This document shows positions 29,545 through 41,700 of a stretch of 64,000 nucleotides of DNA, piece by piece. Both the position numbers and the translations under genes were made by a program. Positions within the stretch are counted from its first letter, which is position 1; each line of letters opens with the position of its first letter. Below the pieces are notes generated by a model that did not search any database, was not told where the DNA came from, and worked only from the letters and a program-made list of their open reading frames with translations. The stretch is from Macrostomum lignano (taxonomy: Eukaryota), in the NCBI GenBank assembly GCA_002269645.1, contig NIVC01001135.1, forward strand, positions 248,001 through 312,000, read 5' to 3'.

Positions 29545-30470
29545 AAGGAAGAAGGAAGGGATGAGAAGCGGATGATGAAGGGAGAAGGAAGGGATGAGAA
29601 GCGGATGATGAAGGGAGAAGGAAGGGTTGAGAAGCGGATGATGAAGGGAGAAGGAAGGGATGAGAAGCGGATGATGAAGAGAGAAGGAAGGGATGAGAAG
29701 CGGATGATGAAGGGAGAAGGAAGGGATGAGAAGTGGATGATGAAGGGAAAATGAAGGAATGAGAAGCGGATGATGAAGGGAGAAGGAAGGGATGAGAAGC
29801 GGATGATTAAGGGAGAAGGAAGGGATGAGGAGCGGATGATGAAGGGAAAATGAAGGAATGAGAAGCGGATGATGAAGGGAGAAGGAAGGGATGAGAAGCG
29901 GATGATTAAGGGAGAAGGAAGGGATGAGAAGCGGATGATTAAGGGAGAAGGAAGGGATGAGAAGCGGATGATGAAGGGAGAAGAAAATGATCAGTAGTGG
30001 ATGATGAAGGGAGAAGGAAGGGTTGAGAAGTAGATGATGAAGGGAAAATGAAGGAATGAGAAGCGGATGATTAAGGGAGAAGGAAGGGATGAGAAGCGGA
30101 TGATGAAGGGAAAATGAAGGAATGAGAAGCGGATGATTAAGGGAGAAGGAAGGGATGAGAAGCGGATGATTAAGGGAGAAGGAAGGGATGAGAAGCGGAT
30201 GATGAAGGGAGAAGAAAATGATCAGTAGTGGATGATGAAGGGAGAAGGAAGGGTTGAGAAGTGGATGATGAAGGGAGAAGGAAGGGATGAGAAGCGGATG
30301 ATGAAGGGAGAAGGAAGGGTTGAGAAGTGGATGATGAAGGGAGAAGGAAGGGATGAGAAGCGGATGATGAAGGGAGAAGGAAGGGATGAGAAGCGGATGA
30401 TGAAGGGAGAAGGAAGGGTTGAGAAGTGGATGATGAAGGGAGAAGGAAGGGATGAGAAGCGGATGATGAA
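29545..30470. repeat. 33-bp purine-rich minisatellite (ATGATGAAGGGAGAAGGAAGGGATGAGAAGCGG)
   Basis: ~27 copies. Confidence 0.96.
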
Positions 30471-30515
30471 GAGCGGGACGATACAGAGTGACAAAGCGAG
30501 TAGGCTAGCAATGTG

Positions 30516-31744
30516 TCAGCAGGATAGAAAAACAACAAGTTCGAGCTTGAGCCCTGCATCAAACACGGTCCCAATGCTTTCACAAACGGCAAGCAATGTG
30601 CAGCTAAATCTCTTTAGCTTCGGAGCGGCTCCGACCTTGGCATTCGGCTGGTGGAAGACGGCGCAGGGGGCAGCGAAAGCGCATCCCGTCAGATCAGATT
30701 GGCCCGCGTCACCCTGGTGGCCACCACTGGCTGGGCGGCCGCCGCTTCCGCCTTCTTCGATTCGGCTGCCTCGGCTGCTTCGAGGTCGCAGGTGACCTGG
30801 CCGCTCCAGGCGCCAAGGCAGGAGCGGAGGCGCCAGCAAATCAGCGCCAAAAGCAGCTGCGGGTTGGGCGTTGGCGCGGGAGCTGGCTGTGAGACTTGTT
30901 GGCGTGATAATGGGATAAGGGACGTGGGGTATGGGATAAGCATTTGGAGTATGGCTAGCGGGTTGAAGGAATGCGGGGTGTGGGATTAAGGGTGTGGGGT
31001 ATGGGATAAATGATGTGTAGTATGTGATAAGGGATGTGGTGTATGTGATAAGGGGTGTGGGGTATGGGATTGAGGGATGTGAGACATGGGATGTGGGATA
31101 AGAGATTTGCTATTTGGAGCGTGGGGTCTGGGGTATACTCGTAAAATGGTCGATGAGGTTTTATGAGATCATATGATGTGGGATGTGGGATTTGGGGATA
31201 TGAAGAATAAAACTGATTATTTTCCCTATCGTACTTATGAATTAAAAACAGTTAAAGCTTCAAAAGCTTCACTGACCAGAGCCAGAATGTACAGCATGGC
31301 CAGGCAGACGGCCAAGATGCTGTCCCATCGAGTGGGGCCCGGAGCGTCAGTCGTGGAGGCCAGTGCGCAACGCTGCGGCATGGTGCTCTGGGTACCATTC
31401 GAGCTGGCCTTGAGAGTGTGGATGTCGATGCACACTGAGAAGTTCCTGCCCGCCTGCAGGCCGCGGAAAGTATGCAGCAGGTCCAGCTGCTTGCTGCCGG
31501 GCAGCTGTCTCAGCGAGTTGATCACGTGGCGGCTCAGAACCGTCCCGTTTGCCGGCCGGATTGACAGCTTCGGAGCGGCCGAGGTGCCCATGCCAGCCAG
31601 GGTGCAGGCCGGAGGCAGCTGCAGTCGGACTCGAACCCAGGACCGCTCGCCAGCCACCTGGAAGAGGCGGACCTGACCGGAGCATGCGAGGCTCAGAGCC
31701 GGCAGTCCGGCCATAGACAGCAGGAGCAGCAGGGTTAGGGACAT
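30516..31744 (-). CDS. Putative type I membrane protein with one fibronectin type III-like domain, 2 exons, ~280 aa
   Basis: complement(join(30516..30886,31273..31744)), phase-1 GT-AG intron. Signal peptide MSLTLLLLLSMAGLPALSLA; FN3-like SWVRVRLQLP...HTFRGLQAGRNFSVCI...RCALAST; three N-x-S/T sequons; hydrophobic segment ILAVCLAMLYILALV; Pro/Arg/Gly-rich tail. Exon 2 is less certain. Confidence 0.55.
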
Positions 31745-32436
31745 TGCGCCAATAGCTACGCAGGAGCAACAATGTCTGCTGGTTGAACCTCGGCCCTCTC
31801 AACTCACCCGGTTGAGTCTCCTCCTGCCTCTAACCCAGGCTTTTCTGCTGAGCTGCTGTCCTCAGAAAGCCACTCCCCCTCCTCCTCTCACTGGGGGCGG
31901 CTCAGCAGCAACCACATTCACGCCGCAGCAGCACTGGGCAGAACTGGATTGCTCCTCTGCTCCCTATTTCTCTGCCTCTCAGTCACTTCCTGCAGTCCTG
32001 CTCCCCCAAATATCCCAGTCAGAGCCGCTCGCTCCCCATATTCACCCTTTCGCGCATGCACGGGAAGGTCGAGGGAACAGCAGCGGAAAAGGGAGAATGG
32101 GAATTGGGGCTGCTCCGACGTGGCCGCATGCAGTGGAATGGCCGGGAGGGTGGCTTTGCTGAGTAGAAAACTGCTGGGCCGAATTTGGTGGACAAAAGGA
32201 AAGCTTTTCTTTGCATAGGGGAGCGAAGGGCTTGGTGCGTGTTGAGCACGCTGCACTCTGGGGGGAGGGGCAGATTAACAACGAAGCTCTCAGGGACAGT
32301 TTGCTGAACAAAGAAACGCAACAGTGTCGTTATAAGTGTGCTCAAAGTGCGTCTCCTGGCCCCAAATTAAAATTATGGCACTGAACTGGATGACGGCGCA
32401 TCGAAAAATGGCTATCTGGGTGACAATGAGGTTCAT

Positions 32437-33203
32437 TGCGCGAAGAAAAATGTCTGTAAGGGACACAATGGGGTTCATAGCGCGAAAAATGTCTGTAAGG
32501 GACACAATGGGGTTCATAGCGCGAAAAATGTCTGTAAGGGACACAATGAGGTTCATAGCGCGAAAAATGTCTGTAAGGGACACAATGGGGTTCATAGCGC
32601 GAAAAATGTCTGTAAGGGACACAATGGGGTTCATAGCGCGAAAAATGTCTGTAAGGGACACAATGGGGTTCATAGCGCGAAAAATGTCTGTAAGGGACAC
32701 AATGGGGTTCATAGCGCGAAAAATGTCTGTAAGGGACACAATGGGGTTCATAGCGCGAAAAATGTCTGTAAGGGACACAATGGGGTTCATAGCGCGAAAA
32801 ATGTCTGTAAGGGACACAATGGGGTTCATTGAGCGAAGAAAAATGTCTGTAAGGGACACAATGGGGTTCATTGAGCGAAGAAAAATGTCTGTAAGGGACA
32901 CAATGGGGTTCATTGCGCGAAGAAAAATGTCTGTAAGGGACACAGTGGGGTTCATAGCGCGAAAAATGTCTGTAAGGGACACAATGGGGTTCATTGCGCG
33001 AAGAAAAATGTCTGTAAGGGACACAATGGGGTTCATTGCGCGAAGAAAAATGTCTGTAAGGGACACAATGGGGTTCATTGCGCGAAGAAAAATGTCTGTA
33101 AGGGACACAATGGGGTTCATTGCGCGAAGAAAAATGTCTGTAAGGGACACAATGGGGTTCATTGCGCGAAGAAAAATGTCTGTAAGGGACACAATGGGGT
33201 TCA
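32437..33203. repeat. 39/42-bp minisatellite (ATGTCTGTAAGGGACACAATGGGGTTCATAGCGCGAAAA)
   Basis: ~19 copies; both unit lengths are multiples of 3, producing spurious ORFs on both strands. Confidence 0.96.
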
Positions 33204-33926
33204 TGATGCTAATTATCCTGCTTTTTATTTGCTTCATTAATCATCGAAATCAAATAAGATAGACTCTTCTATTCTAGCCTGCCTACTATAAGTAGGAGTT
33301 GCACATTTGAACACCCATAAGTCCCATCCGTTGTAAAAAACTGTATTTTTATTCGACAAGACAAAATAATGATGATTGGGCGGAGTAGCTGAATGCAGGT
33401 GAGAAAGCCAGGTAGAGATACGGAGAGACAGAGTTCGGAAGCTCCGGAAGTTCGGAAGTGCCGGATTCTTCCGAACAGGGTATTCGGGAGAACTCAGCTC
33501 GGAAAGGCATAAAAGATGAAGCGACGGCCAGGCAAGAGAAGGGATGCTGAAACAGACGCAAGTCCATCGAATGCCGGATATGCAAAGCAGAGCTGCCGCT
33601 CTGACAGACACCCCCCCCCGAAAGTCGCTGTTTGACCGAGAGTATCTGCTCAGCCTCCCCGGGGTCACCGGAGTCCCCGACTGGGCCGCCGAGGGATTTG
33701 TGCGCCGCATAATAAATCCCATATATCTCTGAGCCGCATCAGCGTGCCTGTGTTGCTGTCTCCCCAATTTTTGAGCTCCACAGTGTCCTGCGGTCCCCGG
33801 GTGATGGTCCCTGTGGGCTGCTTTGCTTAGCAGCATCAAACTGATTGGTACACCCAATAGTACACTGCAGACTGCCCCGCTTCCCTTTGGAGTTCTCCAG
33901 ATTTCATTCATTTTTCAGGCTAACTG

Positions 33927-34120
<194 letters not shown>

Positions 34121-34539
34121 ACAAGAGTTTGCTAGCAGGAACCACTGCAAAAAGTACTCACTGCAGGGTCAGTCTGTAGGCGGAGCAACTGCATCCCAAA
34201 ACACGGTCCAATCGTGTCCCATCCAGCCCGGCTCCCCAGCTGCATAATGCATGCCAGTTGTTCTCCTGTCTCCCTCATTTACCCACACAAAATGAAAGGG
34301 TCAGCAGGTGGCCCGAAGCTCAGCCAGCGGAATCGCCAGCTGCCTCTGCTGAATAATTGAGTCACTGCCCCCATTGATCCGGGGCGTCCGGCGGCGTCTG
34401 GGCCAGGTCGGCGGGCTCCCTGAATTGAACAAAATTGTCAATCTCATTTTCGGTCGCCACTTAGACGATTGGGGGCCGGTTCTTCCGTTGGCTGGGAATA
34501 TCTTGACTTCAGTGTCTGGCTTGGGACAAAACCGCAAAA

Positions 34540-34850
34540 ACCCCAAGCTTCACAACCCCCAAGCTTCACAATCCCCAAGCTTCACAACCCCCAAGCTTCA
34601 CAATCCCCAAGCTTCACAATCCCCAAGCTTCACAATCCCCAAGCTTCACAATCCCCAAGCTTCACAATCCCCAAGCTTCACAATCCCCAAGCTTCACAAT
34701 CCCCAAGCTTCACAATCCCCAAGCTTCACAATCCCCAAGCTTCACAATCCCCAAGCTTCACAATCCCCAAGCTTCACAATCCCCAAGCTTCACAATCCCC
34801 AAGCTTCACAATCCCCAAGCTTCACAATCCCCAAGCTTCACAATCCCCAA
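34540..34850. repeat. 16-bp minisatellite (CAATCCCCAAGCTTCA)
   Basis: ~19 copies. Confidence 0.96.
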
Positions 34851-35461
34851 ACTTCCTGTCTCAGAATCCGATGAATTCAAAGGTCATCACTGATTGCGTA
34901 CTTTATGCAGATTTTCTCGTACATTTCAAAAGTCAAGATTTTGATCAAGATCCGGGCCCGAGTGACACCTTGGGCTCATCCGCATCATTCCAAAAAAGTT
35001 ACCATGATGACTGTCGCGTCCTCTCTCAGGCACTAATCCCGCCCATCCCCATCTTGTCAGTTGGAAATCCCGACCAGCATAAATTCGGCCCAGAAAAGAA
35101 AGCCAAAGCGGATAAAGTGTGTTTCTAAGAAAGAAAACACGCGCGGCCCATCGCGGCAGGGCAAGAGAAGGGCGCCCGCTGACAGGGGAAGCCAGCTGGT
35201 GCCAGACAGCTGGCCGGGGGTGCAACGGCTTCCTTGATCTCCTTCTCCCCGGATTCGCATGCAAGCGCACCGGAAGAGTCCCCTGTTTGCCTGCTTTTAT
35301 GCTTTTCAGCCCAATGATTGCCTCGCCGGAGGAAGCAGAAGAAGCAGTATGAAACAAATGATTCCACCAATGCCGATAACCTCTGCTAATAATTATGCAA
35401 GCGCAGATTGATAGCCCAATTCAGATTGCATTTCGAACTGTGCACGCCCCGTTGTCACTGC

Positions 35462-35740
<279 letters not shown>

Positions 35741-35743
35741 TCT

Positions 35744-38700
35744 ACTGTCTGTGTGTTTACGTGGACTTTTTGGAAGTTCAGTAGCCTCGTTAGCTGGACC
35801 ACCCGGTGTAGGTAGACCACTTAGGTGGACCACCAAATAATTTTGTCTCTGGTGGGGTTAAGACGTTGATGAGGATCTCACATTAATATCAGGCGGGTCA
35901 AGAAAGGCTTAAGCAATTTTGGGATGTCTAGCATGGTTTTTTCCAAAGTTATTTGCATTTCAGTTTAGCTGGACCTCCAGCCTGGTCTACCTAAACCGAG
36001 CGAGTCTGGTCCACGTAAACCGAAAAATTTTAGAAAATTTTTCGAAAATCGTCTGTTTGTGTCTGTTTGTGTCTGTTTGTGTCTGTTTGTGTATAGCAGT
36101 TATTAAGCATAGATTCAATGCAAAACTGATTTTTTTACAGATCATTACCTTACGAACAAAGGGCTATGTTAGCATCATATTATGACCGCTACTGGCTTTA
36201 AAACAATATGCGTTCAGTTCTTTGACATTCAAGTAGGTACGCAGGTTAATTTAAAATTCTGAAACCTCGTATGCGAAATGAATTTGATTAGCTCAGTTCC
36301 AGCAATTTCGGTATCGTACCCTGAGCACAGACTCACAGAGTAAGACACCAACGTAAAGAAATCCAATTCGCGAACCAGATCAAACGATAAAGACTCCGAG
36401 ACAAGAAAGATATTTAAGTGAAGCCTAAATAGTATTCTTCAATGACTTCTCAAGAACTCCCAGTGGTCCTTGATAGCCACACTGTGTAAATGCGAATTTC
36501 TGAGGCTCTACCATTACACAAGAAGAAAATAGCAACTTCATGAATTAAGTGCTTGCCAATTCTATCCTACACACTATGGGATATCCTGTTCTATCCTCCT
36601 CCAATGTTGGAAGAAGAAGATCCTAAGCTGCAGCCTTTCAAGTGCAAAGTTGAAGATGCAATTTACCTAAGTGAAAAGGACAATTCATACACGTACATGC
36701 AAAAGATTTGATCAACAGGGCGCAATTAAGAAGGGCCTTTTAGCTAGCGATCGGGTCTCTGACTCTCTAGCAAAAGGTCGACTTGATTGCGGTCCCAGTA
36801 AAACTAAGAACGCATTAACAGTCAGCCTAACACTCACTGTCTGTTTGGTCCACGTAAACACATGTGCAGGATTATAGGGTTGGAACAGACAGACAGACAG
36901 ACCTCCCTTTCTATAATTGGCTGGTTAACACTTAGGAGGATAGATCCACCCCAACAATGGGACCGACCGCAGCCAATAGGAAACCCGCAAGCGTTCTGAA
37001 GGTAAGACAGTGGAGAGAGGGATATATAATGTCTAAGCGGGTGGTCCACGTAAACCATGGCGTAGTGAGACCAGACACAGACAGTTTAAAAGAAAGTACT
37101 TATAATCCATACTATACATCTCTAAAGGATTGCAATTGTATAAATTAGAACGGTTTTTTTATACTTATTAGGTCTAATGTTAATCCTTACTCCAAGTTTC
37201 ATCCATATATAAATTTATTGTGCCAAAAACTGTAATCTACAACCAAAATATGATGACCCGCAAAAAAGGACGCCAAGCCTAAAATAAAAACTTAAAATCA
37301 CCGTCGCAAAAAGCCACTGCGAAATCGAAGAAGCCGCATCGCCTGGTAAAAATCATCAGTCTGCTCGCAAATCCGTCGACACCGAGACCAGAAAAGTGAG
37401 TTTCGTTTGATGATCTCAAAGTAGCTAGCTGCAAGGCCTGCAACTCAATTGCTGTAGAGAAGCTGGTCCACCTAACCTACAGACACAACTGAAGCAGCTC
37501 TCTCAGTCTGTTTGAGGCTTTGGCTCTCAGAAGGTGGTCCACATAACCTACAGACACAACTCGAACAGATTTCTCTGTCTGTTTAGGGCTCTGGCTCTCA
37601 GAGCCGCCGAGAAAGTTTAGTGCAGAAAATGCTTCAGTTTGTTAGAATGCAATCAGAACAGATTCTTAGAAAGTGAGCTAGTCCAGCATCAAGGCAGAAC
37701 ATCTGGATGTGTAACGAAAGTCTCTTGGAGACTCCTGGCTCAGATTATCGCCTAGAAGTGCTGTGGAGTAGCTGGTCCACCTAACCTACAGACACAACTC
37801 GAACAGATTTCTCTGTCTGTTTGAGGCTCTGGCTCTCAGAGCCGCCGAGAAAGTTTAGTGCAGAAACTGCTTCAGTTTGTTAGAATGCAATCAGAACAGA
37901 TTCTTAGAAAGTGAGCTAGTCCAGCATCAAGGCAGAACATCTGGATGTGTAACGAGAGGCTCTCGGAGATTCCTGGCTCAGATTATCGCCTAGAAGTGCT
38001 GTGGAGTAGCTGGTCCACCTAACCTACAGACACATCTCGAACAGATTTCTCTGTCTGTTTAGGCTCTGGCTCTCAGAGCCGCCGAGAAAGTTTAGTGCAG
38101 AAAATGCTTCAGTTTGTTAGAATGCAATCAGAACAGATTCCTAGAAAGTGAGATAGTCCAGCATCAAGGCAGAACATCTGGATGTGTAACGAGAGGCTTT
38201 TGGAGATTCCTGGCTCAGATTATCGCCTAGAAGTGCTGTGGAGTAGCTGGTCCACCTAACCTACAGACACAACTCGAACAGATTTCTCTGTCTGTTTGAG
38301 GCTCTGGCTCTCAGAGCCGCCGAGAAAGTTTAGTGCAGAAAATGCTTCAGTTTGTTAGAATGCAATCAGAACAGATTCCTAGAAAGTGAGCTAGTCCAGC
38401 ATCAAGGCAGAACATCTGGATGTGTAACGAGAGGCTCTCGGAGATTCCTGGCTCAGATTATCGCCTAGAAGTGCTGTGGAGTAGCTGGTCCACCTAACCT
38501 ACAGACACAACTCGAACAGATTTCTCTGTCTGTTTAGGCTCTGGCTCTCAGAGCCGCCGAGAAAGTTTAGTGCAGAAAATGCTTCAGTTTGTTAGAATGC
38601 AATCAGAACAGATTCCTAGAAAGTGAGCTAGTCCAGCATCAAGGCAGAACATCTGGATGTGTAACGAGAGGCTCTCGGAGATTCCTGGCTCAGATTATCG

Positions 38701-41700
38701 CCTAGAAGTGCTGTGGAGTAGCTGGTCCACCTAACCTACAGACACATCTCGAACAGATTTCTCTGTCTGTTTAGGCTCTGGCTCTCAGAGCCGCCGAGAA
38801 AGTTTAGTGCAGAAAATGCTTCAGTTTGTTAGAATGCAATCAGAACAGATTCCTAGAAAGTGAGCTAGTCCAGCATCAAGGCAGAACATCTGGATGTGTA
38901 ACGAGAGGCTCTCGGAGATTCCTGGCTCAGATTATCGCCTAGAAGTGCTGTGGAGTAGCTGGTCCACCTAACCTACAGACACAACTCGAACAGATTTCTC
39001 TGTCTGTTTAGGCTCTGGCTCTCAGAGCCGCCGAGAAAGTTTAGTGCCGAGAATGCTTCAGTTTGTTAGAATGCAATCAGAACAGATTCCTAGAAAGTGA
39101 GCTAGTCCAGCATCAAGGCAGAACATCTGGATGTGTAACGAGAGGCTCTCGGAGATTCCTGGCTCAGATTATCGCCTAGAAGTGCTGTGGAGTAGCTGGT
39201 CCACCTAACCTACAGACACAACTCGAACAGATTTCTCTGTCTGTTTAGGCTCTGGCTCTCAGAGCCGCCGAGAAAGTTTAGTGCAGAAAATGCTTCAGTT
39301 TGTTAGAATGCAATCAGAACAGATTCCTAGAAAGTGAGCTAGTCCAGCATCAAGGCAGAACATCTGGATGTGTAACGAGAGGCTCTCGGAGATTCCTGGC
39401 TCAGATTATCGCCTAGAAGTGCTGTGGAGTAGCTGGTCCACCTAACCTACAGACACAACTCGAACAGATTTCTCTGTCTGTTTAGGCTCTGGCTCTCAGA
39501 GCCGCCGAGAAAGTTTAGTGCCGAGAATGCTTCAGTTTGTTAGAATACAATCAGAACAGATTCCTAGAAAGTGAGCTAGTCCAGCATCAAGGCAGAACAT
39601 CTGGATGTGTAACGAGAGGCTCTCGGAGATTCCTGGCTCAGATTATCGCCTAGAAGTGCTGTGGAGTAGCTGGTCCACCTAACCTACAGACACAACTCGA
39701 ACAGATTTCTCTGTCTGTTTAGGCTCTGGCTCTCAGAGCCGCCGAGAAAGTTTAGTGCAGAAAATGCTTCAGTTTGTTAGAATGCAATCAGAACAGATTC
39801 TTAGAAAGTGAGCTAGTCCAGCATCAAGGCAGAACATCTGGATGTGTAACGAGAGGCTCTCGGAGATTCCTGGCTCAGATTATCGCCTAGAAGTGCTGTG
39901 GAGTAGCTGGTCCACCTAACCTACAGACACAACTCGAACAGATTTCTCTGTCTGTTTGAGTCTCTGGCTCTCAGAGCCGCCGAGAAAGTTTAGTGCAGAA
40001 AATGCTTCAGTTTGTTAGAATGCAATCAGAACAGATTCCTAGAAAGTGAGCTAGTCCAGCATCAAGGCAGAACATCTGGATGTGTAACGAGAGGCTCTCG
40101 GAGATTCCTGGCTCAGATTATCGCCTAGAAGTGCTGTGGAGTAGCTGGTCCACCTAACCTACAGACACAACTCGAACAGATTTCTCTGTCTGTTTAGGCT
40201 CTGGCTCTCAGAGCCGCCGAGAAAGTTTAGTGCAGAAAATGCTTCAGTTTGTTAGAATGCAATCAGAACAGATTCTTAGAAAGTGAGCTAGTCCAGCATC
40301 AAGGCAGAACATCTGGATGTGTAACGAGAGGCTCTCGGAGATTCCTGGCTCAGATTATCGCCTAGAAGTGCTGTGGAGTAGCTGGTCCACCTAACCTACA
40401 GACACAACTCGAACAGATTTCTCTGTCTGTTTGAGGCTCTGGCTCTTAGGTGGTCCACATAACCTACAGACACAACTGAAGCAGCTCTCTCAGTCTGTTT
40501 GAGGCTTTGGCTCTCAGAAGGTGGTCCACATAACCTACAGACACAACTCGAACAGATTTCTCTGTCTGTTTAGGGCTCTGGCTCTCAGAGCCGCCGAGAA
40601 AGTTTAGTGCAGAAAATGCTTCAGTTTGTTAGAATGCAATCAGAACAGATTCCTAGAAAGTGAGCTAGTCCAGCATCAAGGCAGAACATCTGGATGTGTA
40701 ACGAGAGGCTTTTGGAGATTCCTGGCTCAGATTATCGCCTAAAAGTGCTGTGGAGTAGCTGGTCCACCTAACCTACAGACACAACTCGAACAGATTTCTC
40801 TGTCTGTTTGAGGCTCTGGCTCTCAGAGCCGCCGAGAAAGTTTAGTGCAGAAAATGCTTCAGTTTGTTAGAATGCAATCAGAACAGATTCTTAGAAAGTG
40901 AGCTAGTCCAGCATCAAGGCAGAACATCTGGATGTGTAACGAGAGGCTCTCGGAGATTCCTGGCTCAGATTATCGCCTAGAAGTGCTGTGGAGTAGCTGG
41001 TCCACCTAACCTACAGACACAACTCGAACAGATTTCTCTGTCTGTTTAGGCTCTGGCTCTCAGAGCCGCCGAGAAAGTTTAGTGCAGAAAATGCTTCAGT
41101 TTGTTAGAATGCAATCAGAACAGATTCTTAGAAAGTGAGCTAGTCCAGCATCAAGGCAGAACATCTGGATGTGTAACGAGAGGCTCTCGGAGATTCCTGG
41201 CTCAGATTATCGCCTAGAAGTGCTGTGGAGTAGCTGGTCCACCTAACCTACAGACACATCTCGAACAGATTTCTCTGTCTGTTTGAGGCTCTGGCTCTTA
41301 GGTGGTCCACATAACCTACAGACACAACTGAAGCAGCTCTCTCAGTCTGTTTGAGGCTTTGGCTCTCAGAAGGTGGTCCACATAACCTACAGACACAACT
41401 CGAACAGATTTCTCTGTCTGTTTAGGGCTCTGGCTCTCAGAGCCGCCGAGAAAGTTTAGTGCAGAAAATGCTTCAGTTTGTTAGAATGCAATCAGAACAG
41501 ATTCCTAGAAAGTGAGCTAGTCCAGCATCAAGGCAGAACATCTGGATGTGTAACGAAAGTCTCTTGGAGACTCCTGGCTCAGATTATCGCCTAGAAGTGC
41601 TGTGGAGTAGCTGGTCCACCTAACCTACAGACACAACTCGAACAGATTTCTCTGTCTGTTTGAGGCTCTGGCTCTCAGAGCCGCCGAGAAGGTTTAGTGC

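Noticed and set aside
33237-33911. ORF start resembling a K2P channel M2 segment (PKGSGAVCSVLLGVPISLMLL)
   Set aside because: No pore motif (TxGYG/TxGFG) found in adjacent sequence; the rest of the ORF is uninformative.
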